From a virus (lineage: Duplodnaviria > Caudoviricetes): a stretch of DNA of 57,094 bases. The notes under the pieces were generated by a model, which was given only the letters and a program-made list of their open reading frames with translations, did no database searches and was not told the DNA's origin. The translations under genes and the position numbers were made by a program. The stretch is taken from positions 1-57,094 of the IMG/VR virus record IMGVR_UViG_3300037502_003174; one strand, written 5' to 3'. The stretch's first letter is position 1, and the number at the start of each line of letters is the position of its first letter. Positions 29,967-38,496 of this stretch are shown here, piece after piece.

Positions 29967-29995
29967 GGAAGGCCCCGAGGGGCTGCCTCGGGGCT
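29967..29995 (-). terminator. Intrinsic terminator-like hairpin
   Basis: gccccgagg/cctcggggc stem followed by CTTCCT on the minus strand. Confidence 0.5.
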
Positions 29996-30003
29996 GGGTG
30001 GGG

Positions 30004-30228
30004 TCAGGCCACCGAGTGGATCGAGTCCGGCTCGTACTTCAGGGCCTCGGTCACGTTGGCGATCGTCTCGCCAGCTTCGACATCGACCTCGTACACCCGG
30101 CGGTCCGAGTAGCCGCCCTGTCGCTTGCAGGCGCGCTGGTCGCGCTCGCAGGCCGCGCGGGCGGCCTCGATAGAGCGATGGAGAACACCGTTTGTTCCGC
30201 GGACGGGACCGTAGGCAACGTAGCGCAT
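30004..30228 (-). CDS. Hypothetical protein with its own promoter
   Basis: AAGGAG RBS, leader hairpin, upstream TGGACC-17-TACAGT. Confidence 0.7.
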   Translation of the reverse strand: MRYVAYGPVRGTNGVLHRSIEAARAACERDQRACKRQGGYSDRRVYEVDVEAGETIANVTEALKYEPDSIHSVA

Positions 30229-30372
30229 CGTCTCTCCTTGCCGGCGGGTTCATCGCCACCGGACACCCACACTGTAGCCGCTCCTGTAACCGTGGTCCAC
30301 ACTTTCGGTGAAGATTCCCGCAGAAAGTTGGTGGCGGATAGACCGGTCGGCGTCCGAGGCCGGTTCTCGCGG

Positions 30373-30649
30373 CCTATCGGACACGGCTACCCGCCACCCT
30401 ATCGGACATTGGAGACACCGGGCCGCCCGGTTTCCGCCCGCGCGCAATGCCGCGCCAATGGGTAAGTCGTCTCCATGTGAGACTCGGCCGCGAACGCCGG
30501 GGGTTTCATTCCGCGCGGTTTCCGGCGCCCGCGCTACCCTGTCAGTTCGCCTCTGCCCATGTCAGTTCGCGAAAAACACCGCCGAATAGACGGCCTCGAA
30601 CCAGGGCCGAAAAACCCGACATGTCAGTTCGCGATCCGACCTGTCAGTT
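30373..30649. repeat. Intergenic repeats: CCTATCGGACA x2 and TGTCAGTT x4
   Basis: 30373 and 30398; 30540, 30560, 30622, 30642. Confidence 0.85.
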
Positions 30650-30654
30650 GAGGG

Positions 30655-32445
30655 TCAGGCGGCGGCCCGGTCCTCGCGGTCGGCGTCGGCCCAGGAGTCG
30701 CCCACGGCGGCGGGGCGCGTCCCGATCTGGCGGCGGCGCTCGGCGTCCCGGGAGCGGACCCACCGGCGGAGGGCGGCGACGGCCATCCAGAGCGCCATCA
30801 CACAGTCGTCGTGCGCCTCGCGACCGAGGCCGTGGAGCTCGGCGATCACCCGGTCGACGCGCTTCTCCTCGGCGGGCGTCGACCAGGCGAACGACAGGAG
30901 CCCGCCCTCGAACAGCGCGGACATGCTCGGCACGCCCTCGTACAGCGACGACTTGCGCTTGGTAGTGGTGTGCCCGCGCAGCGGGATCCCCAGGCGCGCC
31001 AACGGCTCGCGGAGGTCAACCTCGAACGCCCGTTGCGCCGCGTTGTTTTCAACGATGACGTACCCGGGGCGGATGGCCTCCGCTTCGTCGATGATCCGCG
31101 CCCGGATCGCGCTCGGGGTCAGCCCTCGGCCGCGCCAGATCCGCCGCACCTCGATCCGGTCGTCCAGGGTCAGCCCGACCGTGACGCCGACCGTGTAGTC
31201 GGAGTCGGCGCGCTCGGCGGCGGCCGAGGTGTCCACGATCGCGAGGTCCCAGGCGGTGATCGTGACCTGGTACTCCGCCTCCCCGGCCTCGGCGGCGAGG
31301 TCGAGGGCGTCCCAGGACGAGAGAGCGAGGTCGAGGGTGATCGAGCGGAGCGCCTCGTAGGCGAACCCGCGCCCCCGGCCGCGAGCCTTGGCGCCCTGCA
31401 ACCACCCCCACTGAAACATCGCCGTCGCGTCGTCGATCGGCTGGTTCAAGTATTCGCGTTGGAACGCCAGCGACCCAATCTTGCGCCGGCGGGCCGCGAG
31501 CGCGTCGGCGCTCCAGTAGTCCGGCATCAGGATGTGGTCGCCGTCGATGCTCGGGACGTTGGCGCCGTCGACCATCCGCCACCGGGCGGCGTAGCGCCGC
31601 GACCACCACTCCGGGGACTTCTCGCGGTCGATCAGGTTCGCGAGGAGCGAATCTTGGTGGAGCACCGTCCCAATCATGCAGGTCAGGAGGTGGCCTTCGA
31701 TGCCGAGGGGGATCAAGACTTCGTTGAGCCACCGGTGCAGTTCGGCCCGCGCGTCCTTGGACCGGACGTCGAGGTCGTTTTCGAGGTCGTCCACGAGGAT
31801 GAGCGTCGGGCGGCGGTTGCGGCGGTTGACGCCTCGGATCTGGCCCCCGGCGCCCAGGGCGCGGACGAGAACGCCGTCCGACGTCTCGAACAGCTTCGTG
31901 CCCCACGGCTTCTGACTCTTGCCCTTGGAGCGGCCCGCCGCGGGGACGAGGCTCCCGTAGTCGCGGCGCAGGTCGTCGTTCGACTCCAGCTCGGCGCGGA
32001 GGTCGGAGACGATCGCCTCGGCGAGGCTCGCGGTGTCCGAGACGACCACGATGAACGGCGGGCGCCCCCGAAAGTGGGGCATCTCGCGCCATTCGTGGAT
32101 CACCCGGAGAAGAAACGCCTTCATAAGCGTCGTTTTGCCGTGGCCTCGGGGGCAGGCGAGCGCGTAGGAGTCCTGGACCCGCCCCGCGATCGGCCGCTGC
32201 ATGACCATGGCGTCGAGGTCGGCGGCGATCTCCGCCTGGAACGGGGCCGGAGCGGCGCTGAAGGCCTCCGGCATGTAGCGGTACGCCCAGCGGAGGAGCC
32301 TTGCCTTCGCCGCCCGGCGGTCGGCCTCGTCTTCGGCGAGTAGCGCCTCCATCCGCGCGCGCCGCTCCGCGGCCGTGACATCGGCCCGGATGCGGTTGGG
32401 GAGCTGGCGGGCGGCCGAGCTGGGACGGGCGACGGCGGCGGTCAT
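30655..32445 (-). CDS. terL: Terminase large subunit
   Basis: Walker A PRGHGKT, Walker B ILVDDLE, GTVLHQDSLL, FQREYLNQP, HDDCVMA. Confidence 0.95.
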   Translation of the reverse strand: MTAAVARPSSAARQLPNRIRADVTAAERRARMEALLAEDEADRRAAKARLLRWAYRYMPEAFSAAPAPFQAEIAADLDAMVMQRPIAGRVQDSYALACPRGHGKTTLMKAFLLRVIHEWREMPHFRGRPPFIVVVSDTASLAEAIVSDLRAELESNDDLRRDYGSLVPAAGRSKGKSQKPWGTKLFETSDGVLVRALGAGGQIRGVNRRNRRPTLILVDDLENDLDVRSKDARAELHRWLNEVLIPLGIEGHLLTCMIGTVLHQDSLLANLIDREKSPEWWSRRYAARWRMVDGANVPSIDGDHILMPDYWSADALAARRRKIGSLAFQREYLNQPIDDATAMFQWGWLQGAKARGRGRGFAYEALRSITLDLALSSWDALDLAAEAGEAEYQVTITAWDLAIVDTSAAAERADSDYTVGVTVGLTLDDRIEVRRIWRGRGLTPSAIRARIIDEAEAIRPGYVIVENNAAQRAFEVDLREPLARLGIPLRGHTTTKRKSSLYEGVPSMSALFEGGLLSFAWSTPAEEKRVDRVIAELHGLGREAHDDCVMALWMAVAALRRWVRSRDAERRRQIGTRPAAVGDSWADADREDRAAA

Positions 32446-33122
32446 TCGCGGTTGAACATGGCTTGCCGCTCGCGGAGTCGGCGGGTGCGCTCCTCGAGCT
32501 CGACGTCGGAGAGGGCGGCGTAGTCGCGGCTCGCCCGGGTGTGGGCGTCCTCGTCGGCCGAGACGGGCGCGGCGTTGTCGTCGTCGCGGCCTGGCGCGAG
32601 GCGGGAGAACCGCTCCGAGCGGGTCGCGTGGAGGCGGACGCGGGCCATCAGAGCCTCACGAGACGCCGCGAACTGGCCGGCGTCCTCGGCTTTCTTCGCG
32701 ATGCGGAGCAAGGCATCGGAGGTGAACGCGATCACGCGCTCCGAGAACCCCGCGTCGTCGTGCCGAATCGCGAGGGCGCGACCCAGCGCGGCGAGCTCGG
32801 CCCGGGCGCGCTCCGGGGAGCAGCGGACCTTCTCGCCCTGCCACTCCAGGCCGTCCTTGCTGGCGACTGCGCTGACCGCCTCCTCCTCGGTGTGGTGGCT
32901 CAGCATGTGCGCCAGCATCGCCCGTTGGATCCGGAGGGACTTCGGCCCGGTTCCAGGCTCGCCGTCGTCCACTGGGGGCGGGCCGGGCTTGGCGCCGCGT
33001 TTGGCGGCCGGCGGAGTGGGCTCAGCGGCGGGAGCCTTCGCGGCCTTCGTCGGCGGCTTCTTGGCGGGCGGCTTGGGCTTCTTGGGGGCCGGCTTGGCGG
33101 CGGTCGGCTTCTTCGGGGGCAT
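32442..33122 (-). CDS. Putative terminase small subunit with K/P/A-rich N-terminus
   Basis: Directly upstream of terL with ATGA overlap; LSDVELEE C-terminus. Confidence 0.65.
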   Translation of the reverse strand: MPPKKPTAAKPAPKKPKPPAKKPPTKAAKAPAAEPTPPAAKRGAKPGPPPVDDGEPGTGPKSLRIQRAMLAHMLSHHTEEEAVSAVASKDGLEWQGEKVRCSPERARAELAALGRALAIRHDDAGFSERVIAFTSDALLRIAKKAEDAGQFAASREALMARVRLHATRSERFSRLAPGRDDDNAAPVSADEDAHTRASRDYAALSDVELEERTRRLRERQAMFNRE

Positions 33123-33225
33123 CGGGTCGACCCTCAGACGCCGATCTTGCCCCGGGCGCGGGAAGCGCGCCACCCTTGGGCCTTGGGGCCACCTCGGCGG
33201 CAAGCCCTCGCGCGGTGTCTCGGCG

Positions 33226-33306
33226 CCCGTCCAGGGGCCATGCGTAGGCGTGGTTCCCCGGGTGCCTGACGCGGCGGAACGGGCCCTCGGCGAGCGCGCG
33301 GGCCAC
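33226..33306 (-). pseudogene. Possible C-terminal remnant of a Mom-like DNA modification gene
   Basis: ARALAEGPFRRVRHPGNHAYAWPL, with an in-frame stop shortly upstream; family recalled from memory. Confidence 0.4.
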
Positions 33307-33577
33307 CGCTGGGTCAATGCATTCCCCGCTCGTCCGGCATCTCTACCGGGCGATGCCCCATCGTACCCGCTGCGCGCCTGTCGCGCTAGCTCCGCGTCGT
33401 AGTCGGCGGCGGCTTCCGGGTCCATTACGCCCAGGCAGGGGCGGCAGATGCCGTGAGAGGCCGGCGGCGGGCCCGGGGTCATGGTGGCTCGGCAGTAGAG
33501 GCAGACGGTCAGCATGGGCGCCCTCCGTCCGGGGTATCGGCACCCAGGGGCGCCCACTTGAGCCCCGGGGAGGATCG

Positions 33578-33796
33578 ATGACACCAGGACGGAAGGACAG
33601 GGCCTACCGGGAGGCCATGGCGGCGTGCTGCGCCGTCGTCGCGCTCATGGCGGCCGGCTACCTCGATGCCGAGCAGGCCGGGGCGGCGTTCGACGGGGTG
33701 TTCTACCTGTTGGCGGCCTACACCGGAGGCAACGCGGCGGAGTGGTTCGCCCGGAGACCTACCGGGGCGGCCCCTCCGCCGGCCTCTACGGCGTGA
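33578..33796 (+). CDS. Small two-TM holin-like membrane protein
   Basis: GGAGG RBS; two hydrophobic segments; YTGGNAAE motif. Confidence 0.6.
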   Translation: MTPGRKDRAYREAMAACCAVVALMAAGYLDAEQAGAAFDGVFYLLAAYTGGNAAEWFARRPTGAAPPPASTA

Positions 33797-33982
33797 TCAG
33801 CCGAACGGCAGCGACGGCGGGGTCGGAGCCTCGGCCCGGCGCTCGATCAGCTCGTCGAGGGCGGCCAGGACGCCCAGGTTGTCTTCGTAGTCCGGATCGC
33901 TCCACCGATCGGGGCGGGTCAGGGCCTCGGCGCGCTCGCGGAGATCGCGGAGGCGGTCCAGGGTGAGGCGGTCAGCGGCCAT
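33797..33982 (-). CDS. Hypothetical protein
   Basis: Coupled to the upstream gene. Confidence 0.55.
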   Translation of the reverse strand: MAADRLTLDRLRDLRERAEALTRPDRWSDPDYEDNLGVLAALDELIERRAEAPTPPSLPFG

Positions 33983-34733
33983 CGGACACCCCGGGCGGCG
34001 TGAGGTGGGCGTCGGCGGGGGAGCGGTAGCCGGAGGGCTCGGCGGCGTTGATCGTCGCGGCCTCCAGGGTGACCGTGGTCGGCCGCAGGTCGGCCGGCGT
34101 GATCTCGGGAATGACGCAGCGCATCAGCGGATGGGTGCTCCGGGAGGTGGGGTTCTTCGGGGCTGAGTGGATCCCGGTGCCCCCGCCGAGCGCGGGGGCC
34201 TCCGGGGTCAGGCAAGCCGTGTGGCGCATCCCGTCGGACTCCGCCCGGACGCCCGGGCCGACGTCAAACTCCGGCTCAGCGGGCGCGGGGCGGACCGGTC
34301 CGCCACCAGACCGGCCGATCTCGACGAGGCGTTCGTACTCGGGGGTCAAGCGGTAGATCGTCACGCCCCGCCTGGCGTCCCGGTCGCGAATGACGCCGGG
34401 CCCGACCTCGATCCTCCGCCTGCCGTCCGACACGTAGGTCAGCGCGCGGTGCTCGGCGGCCAGCTCGCGCACGCCGCGGGCCAGGTCCCGCCAGTCCGCG
34501 GCATCCAGTCCCAGAGCGGCGGCGACCTCGGTCAGCTCGTTTCGGAGCGACGTGGCCTCGGCCACGAGCTGCTCCGTCTCCGGCGTCAGCCGGAACACCG
34601 CGATCCCCTCCGAGGTGTCGCACTCGACGCCCGGATCGAGCTTCACGCTCTCCAGCGCCGCGAGCTTGGCCCGCTCCGGGGCGTAGTCGTAGTCGTAGTT
34701 CTCGCGGGGATCGCCCGCGCAGTCTCCGTTCAT
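33972..34733 (-). CDS. Hypothetical protein with three internal (G/D)PGV...LTPE repeats
   Basis: AGGAGG RBS; paralog of 34849-35085. Confidence 0.7.
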   Translation of the reverse strand: MNGDCAGDPRENYDYDYAPERAKLAALESVKLDPGVECDTSEGIAVFRLTPETEQLVAEATSLRNELTEVAAALGLDAADWRDLARGVRELAAEHRALTYVSDGRRRIEVGPGVIRDRDARRGVTIYRLTPEYERLVEIGRSGGGPVRPAPAEPEFDVGPGVRAESDGMRHTACLTPEAPALGGGTGIHSAPKNPTSRSTHPLMRCVIPEITPADLRPTTVTLEAATINAAEPSGYRSPADAHLTPPGVSDGR

Positions 34734-34852
34734 CCTTCCTCCTTCGTCTCGGCCTTCTCGGCCTTGTTCCACCGGTTGTCTTTCCATTGCGCCCCACACC
34801 ACGGGCAGAACGCGATCTGAAGAAACGCTTCACGCGCCCAGTCGATGATCAC
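34730..34852 (-). CDS. Truncated paralog of 35082-35384 (40 aa)
   Basis: FLQIAFCPWCGAQWKDNRWNKAEKAETKEEG; GTGA/ATGA coupling. Confidence 0.55.
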   Translation of the reverse strand: MIIDWAREAFLQIAFCPWCGAQWKDNRWNKAEKAETKEEG

Positions 34853-35085
34853 CCAGGCCAGGTCACGGCGGCCAGCGACCGGACATGCCTGGGCAGGTCG
34901 CGCCAGTCGACCGAATCCAGGCCCAGGGCAGCGCCGATCTCGGTCAGGGCACCCAGGTAGGCCATCGCGTCGTTATCGGCGTTGAGCAGCGCCTGGAAGG
35001 TCAGATCCGCTCTCACCGGCCCGAGGTTGACGACCTCGTCGTTGTCGTTTTCCTCGCGGGGATCGCCCGCGCAGTCCTGGTTCAT
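34849..35085 (-). CDS. Hypothetical protein, paralog of 33972-34733
   Basis: MNxDCAGDPRE start; LTEIGAALGLDSVDWRDL. Confidence 0.7.
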   Translation of the reverse strand: MNQDCAGDPREENDNDEVVNLGPVRADLTFQALLNADNDAMAYLGALTEIGAALGLDSVDWRDLPRHVRSLAAVTWPG

Positions 35086-35384
35086 CCTTCCTCCTTCGTC
35101 TCGGCCTTCTCAGCCTTGTGCCACTGGTTGTCTTTCCACTGCGCCCCGCACCACGGACAGAACGCGATCTGCAGGAACGGCGCCGCCTTCGACCACCCCA
35201 CCATCGGGGCGGAGCGCCGAGACTCGCCCGGACGCACGAGGCGGGCGACGATCTGACCGACGCCCACGCCGTGGGTGGTCAGAAACTCCGAAGTCGCGGT
35301 CATCATGTCGCAGCACGCGCCCTCAGCGACCGGCGGGAAGCCCTCCAGCGACTTGAGCATCGCTGTCACGTCCGAGGCTTTCAC
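35082..35384 (-). CDS. Small zinc-binding protein
   Basis: CC...FCPWCG. Confidence 0.7.
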   Translation of the reverse strand: MKASDVTAMLKSLEGFPPVAEGACCDMMTATSEFLTTHGVGVGQIVARLVRPGESRRSAPMVGWSKAAPFLQIAFCPWCGAQWKDNQWHKAEKAETKEEG

Positions 35385-36052
35385 TCGCCCTCCTCTCCGG
35401 CTCCCGCCGGGATCTCGAACAGTCCCTCAGCCTCGCCCGCGTCCTCCGCGTCTCGGCCCCACAGAATCTCGGCCCCCATCGGAAGCGCGTACACCACCCA
35501 GCGGTCCACCGGGAGCCTCGCCCGGATCCACGCCTTCGCCACCGTCTCCGGGGCGCTGCGGGTCCGCGGGGCGGCAATGGCGGCGGGCTTCAGCACCTTG
35601 CGGCCCACGATCTCCCCGGTCAGCTCGATCCCCGACGTCTCATCCTCGGGGTCGGTCCACGTCCACGCCCCGGCGACCTCTACGCCCTCGACGCGGAGCG
35701 GCCGGTAGATGCGCCCGGGGCGCCGCGAGCTGCCCGGCGGACGGTCGAGGGCCTCGGCGAGCGAACCCCGAACCGCGTCCAGCGCAGGCCCAAACAGCGA
35801 CACCGGGACGGGGACCGGGCGCGCCGACTTGCCCCGGCCCTCCCAGGCCGTGAGGTTCCGACGCCGGAACTGGTCCTCGAGGTGGGCGCGGGTCTCGGCC
35901 GTCGACCAGGGACCGTCGATCGTCGCCAGGGCGAACCTCACGAGGCCGCGGTAGTCGTCGTGGACCCGCATCGCCACGCGCGTCGCGTCGTCGCCCACGG
36001 TGCGCCCGTCGATGACCCGGCCCGCCTTCTGGTAGGTGAAGACGGCGATCAA
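35381..36052 (-). CDS. Hypothetical protein
   Basis: Coupled ORF in the operon. Confidence 0.65.
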   Translation of the reverse strand: MIAVFTYQKAGRVIDGRTVGDDATRVAMRVHDDYRGLVRFALATIDGPWSTAETRAHLEDQFRRRNLTAWEGRGKSARPVPVPVSLFGPALDAVRGSLAEALDRPPGSSRRPGRIYRPLRVEGVEVAGAWTWTDPEDETSGIELTGEIVGRKVLKPAAIAAPRTRSAPETVAKAWIRARLPVDRWVVYALPMGAEILWGRDAEDAGEAEGLFEIPAGAGEEGE

Positions 36053-36381
36053 GCGACACGCTCGACGTGCTTCCGGCAGACGCCGTCGGCTTCCTCGAAG
36101 ATTTCCGAGTACTGGACGCCGAGCAGCTCCGCGAGGGTCGCCCGCACCGCGTCCCGGCGCGAGTCCGACGTCTCGGTCGCCTCCGCCAGCACGCCGCCGG
36201 CAACCGCCGTGAACAGGTCAGAGGCCAGCCGAACCGCCAGCTCCGGCCCGCCACCGACGCTCCTGACCCGCGCCTCGATGTGGAGGGCCATGCGGGTCGC
36301 CTCATCCTTGATCCAGGCGTCGATCCCGTCGTCGTTCAACTTCGGGCCGCTCGTCTTGCCGGCCTTCACCGGGCGCCCCAC
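36049..36381 (-). CDS. Hypothetical protein
   Basis: Coupled ORF in the operon. Confidence 0.6.
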   Translation of the reverse strand: MGRPVKAGKTSGPKLNDDGIDAWIKDEATRMALHIEARVRSVGGGPELAVRLASDLFTAVAGGVLAEATETSDSRRDAVRATLAELLGVQYSEIFEEADGVCRKHVERVA

Positions 36382-36698
36382 GGCCAGCGGCGGGGCACGT
36401 TGCCCGTCTTCTCACCGGTCACAGGGTCGACGCAGTAGGGCGCGGAGCGGTTCGCGTCCTCGTCTTGGTCATACTGGCACTTTTCGCCGTTGGGGCAGCG
36501 TCCCATCCGGACACAGGGGATCCCTGTCTCGGCGTAGACCCCATCTACGCCCGGGTCATCGACCACCGGATCTGGCACCGGTCGGGCCGGCTTCCGGATG
36601 CGGAGCGTCTCGCCAGAATCGGCCTCCGACCAGACGTCAGACTCAGGGGCCACAGCCTCGGAACAGGCCACCAGGGCGGCCAGGAAGAACCAGCGCAT
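36366..36698 (-). CDS. Cys-rich lipoprotein
   Basis: MRWFFLAALVAC lipobox; GGAGG RBS; first gene after a class-1 promoter. Confidence 0.7.
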   Translation of the reverse strand: MRWFFLAALVACSEAVAPESDVWSEADSGETLRIRKPARPVPDPVVDDPGVDGVYAETGIPCVRMGRCPNGEKCQYDQDEDANRSAPYCVDPVTGEKTGNVPRRWPWGAR

Positions 36699-36739
36699 GA
36701 GCGCCTCCAGTCGCCAGGGTCCATCCCCAGCGTGCCCAG

Positions 36740-36768
36740 AGCTTACACCGCGCGCGATTATCGCGCAA
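36740..36768 (-). promoter_or_regulatory. Class-1 promoter/operator TTGCGC-17-TAAGCT
   Basis: Contains GCGCG ATAAT CGCGC. Confidence 0.75.
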
Positions 36769-36769
36769 C

Positions 36770-36804
36770 GGAAAACGCCCCGGCTTGTCAAGGCGCGGGG
36801 CGTT
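36770..36804 (-). terminator. Intrinsic terminator
   Basis: aacgccccg/cggggcgtt stem with a T run on the minus strand. Confidence 0.6.
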
Positions 36805-36859
36805 CGGTGCGTTGGAGGCTGGTTGTCACGTCGTCGTTACAGAACCCACGCCGGACGCT

Positions 36860-37297
36860 TCAGCAGGTGGCAGACGTCCGAAAGCGCCGGGCGCCCTCGC
36901 CTTCATGGCAGCGCAACCAGCCCGAGGCATCCTCGACCCGGGCCGCGGGCGTCCCGTCCATTGACGTCGCCCACTTGTAATCCAGTCGGAACGCCACCAG
37001 TTCCCGCCTCATCCCCTCGGTGGGGGCCCCGCTGGCGGGCAGCCGCACCCAGATCTCCCCGCCGGACTTTGCCACCCATGACGCGAGCTGTTCAGCCGCT
37101 TTGAGCCCGGCTTCACGCTCGTCAGGCACGTCGTCCCGGCCCATCCCTCCGGCCTCGATCGTCGCGTGCACCACCGGCAGGCGGCCGGTGCGCAGCGCCA
37201 CCCGAGCCATCGTCATCGCGATCGCCACGTTCGCCGCGCGGTCCTCCTCAGTCTCGGCCCGGTAGGGCGCGCAGATGTACGCCAGGGGTCGCAGCAT
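36860..37297 (-). CDS. DUF4406/nucleoside deoxyribosyltransferase-like protein
   Basis: YICAPYRA...NVAIA...EIWV...TEGMRREL. Confidence 0.7.
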   Translation of the reverse strand: MLRPLAYICAPYRAETEEDRAANVAIAMTMARVALRTGRLPVVHATIEAGGMGRDDVPDEREAGLKAAEQLASWVAKSGGEIWVRLPASGAPTEGMRRELVAFRLDYKWATSMDGTPAARVEDASGWLRCHEGEGARRFRTSATC

Positions 37298-37335
37298 GTG
37301 TCACCTTCTTTCTTTGGTTGTTCGTCAGGTATCGC

Positions 37336-37360
37336 CGATGTGCCAAAAAATGGCACATCG
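37336..37360. promoter_or_regulatory. Perfect 10-bp inverted repeat (operator-like)
   Basis: CGATGTGCCA-aaaaa-TGGCACATCG in an AT-rich intergenic region. Confidence 0.65.
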
Positions 37361-37384
37361 ACAGAGCAGCGCGCCCGCCCAGCC

Positions 37385-37864
37385 TCAGCCAGCGGCGCGC
37401 GTCGTCTCGGCTTCGGCGGCGCTCGGCTCGCCGTCCTCCGGATTGTCGCCGGCACGCGGCTTTCGACCGATCCGCGGTCGGATCTCCACCCAGGCCAAGA
37501 ACAGCGCCTCCGGCGTCGGGTAGTCGCGGGACGGGCGGTAGTAGCGGCCCGCGCGTCGGATGAGCCCCGCCTCGTAGACCGCGAGCAGCGTGGCGGCGAT
37601 CCAGTGGCGCGTGCACCCGCTGGTCTCGATCCGCCGGTGGATGTCCACGGGCTGCGCCGGGCTGATCTGAAACAGCGTCTGGAACACGAGCAGGGCGTGA
37701 TCCGGCCTCGCGCAGTCCCGGTGCGCCGCGCCCCGGCCGATCACCGCCCGGACGCGCCAGCCTCGGTACATCCGCCGCCCACAAAGGCAACACTCCGCCG
37801 ACGGCTGATCGAGCAGGAACTCGCGGCCGATGGCTACCCCGTCTCGGGTCATCATCGCCGTCAT
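37385..37864 (-). CDS. Zinc finger plus wHTH-like protein
   Basis: CCLC...HRDC; EAGLIRR..RYY. Confidence 0.6.
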   Translation of the reverse strand: MTAMMTRDGVAIGREFLLDQPSAECCLCGRRMYRGWRVRAVIGRGAAHRDCARPDHALLVFQTLFQISPAQPVDIHRRIETSGCTRHWIAATLLAVYEAGLIRRAGRYYRPSRDYPTPEALFLAWVEIRPRIGRKPRAGDNPEDGEPSAAEAETTRAAG

Positions 37865-38496
37865 GGGGCCTCCCCGGGCGCCTGGCGGGTCGAGCGCAGC
37901 GGCGGGCGCTGCCACCGGAGGTAGGGGCCGTTCACTGTCGGGCCGCCCCAGCCGCGGAGCCAGTGGGCGACGATGCACTCGCTCCGGGCCGTCCCGCCGC
38001 GATCAAAGCTCGGCCGGGGACAGACCGGCCACCACTTCAGGATCGGATGCTCCTCGTGCAGCGGCGCCCGCTCGTCGGCGGCCAGGAACGGCATCGGGAG
38101 CAGGTACGCCACCTGCGGCGCGACCTGCAGGCCGGCGCGGACGTGGTCGATCGCCGTCGAGAACGGCGGGTTGCCGATGACCATGATCGGCTGCCGGGCC
38201 TCCAGCTGGAGGCGCCGCCGGGGCTCGCTGAGGGCGTCGAGGAAGTCCCCGTCACCCAGGTAGCGGAACCCCGGGCGCCCGAGGAGGCGGGCTTTCCCAG
38301 GGGCCTGCGGGTCCAGGTCGCCTGCGAGGACGACGGCGCCGGCGTCGAGGAGGGCCTCGGCGATCGCCCCGCCGCCGAGGTGGGGCTCAAGCACGACGTC
38401 GCCGGGGCGGATGCGGAGCGTCGAGACGATCGCCCGGGCGAGGGCGAGCGGGGTGTAGTGGGCCTCCAGGGCCGCGGGGTCGCGCTGCTCAGACAT
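37861..38496 (-). CDS. DNA adenine methyltransferase (gamma-like)
   Basis: HYTP, LEPHLGGGAI, GNPPF. Confidence 0.88.
   Translation of the reverse strand: MSEQRDPAALEAHYTPLALARAIVSTLRIRPGDVVLEPHLGGGAIAEALLDAGAVVLAGDLDPQAPGKARLLGRPGFRYLGDGDFLDALSEPRRRLQLEARQPIMVIGNPPFSTAIDHVRAGLQVAPQVAYLLPMPFLAADERAPLHEEHPILKWWPVCPRPSFDRGGTARSECIVAHWLRGWGGPTVNGPYLRWQRPPLRSTRQAPGEAP

Larger units (their letters stand above)
34701..35179. repeat. Imperfect 127-bp direct repeat (34701-34827 and 35053-35179)
   Basis: About 11 mismatches by manual alignment. Confidence 0.9.

Noticed and set aside
30439-30468. Additional class-1 promoter
   Set aside because: Dyad spacing and distance to TA do not fit the consensus, and no TTGCGC lies in the right orientation
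30540-30649. Mini CRISPR array
   Set aside because: Repeats are only 8-12 bp with irregular short spacers and no cas genes are present
32442-33584. 380-aa terminase small subunit as listed in the ORF track
   Set aside because: The upstream part looks like chance in-frame continuity through a small CxxC ORF and a gene relic; a start at 33122 is more plausible
34701-35179. Repeat pair as a DGR template/variable region
   Set aside because: Mismatches are not adenine-specific on either strand and no reverse transcriptase is present
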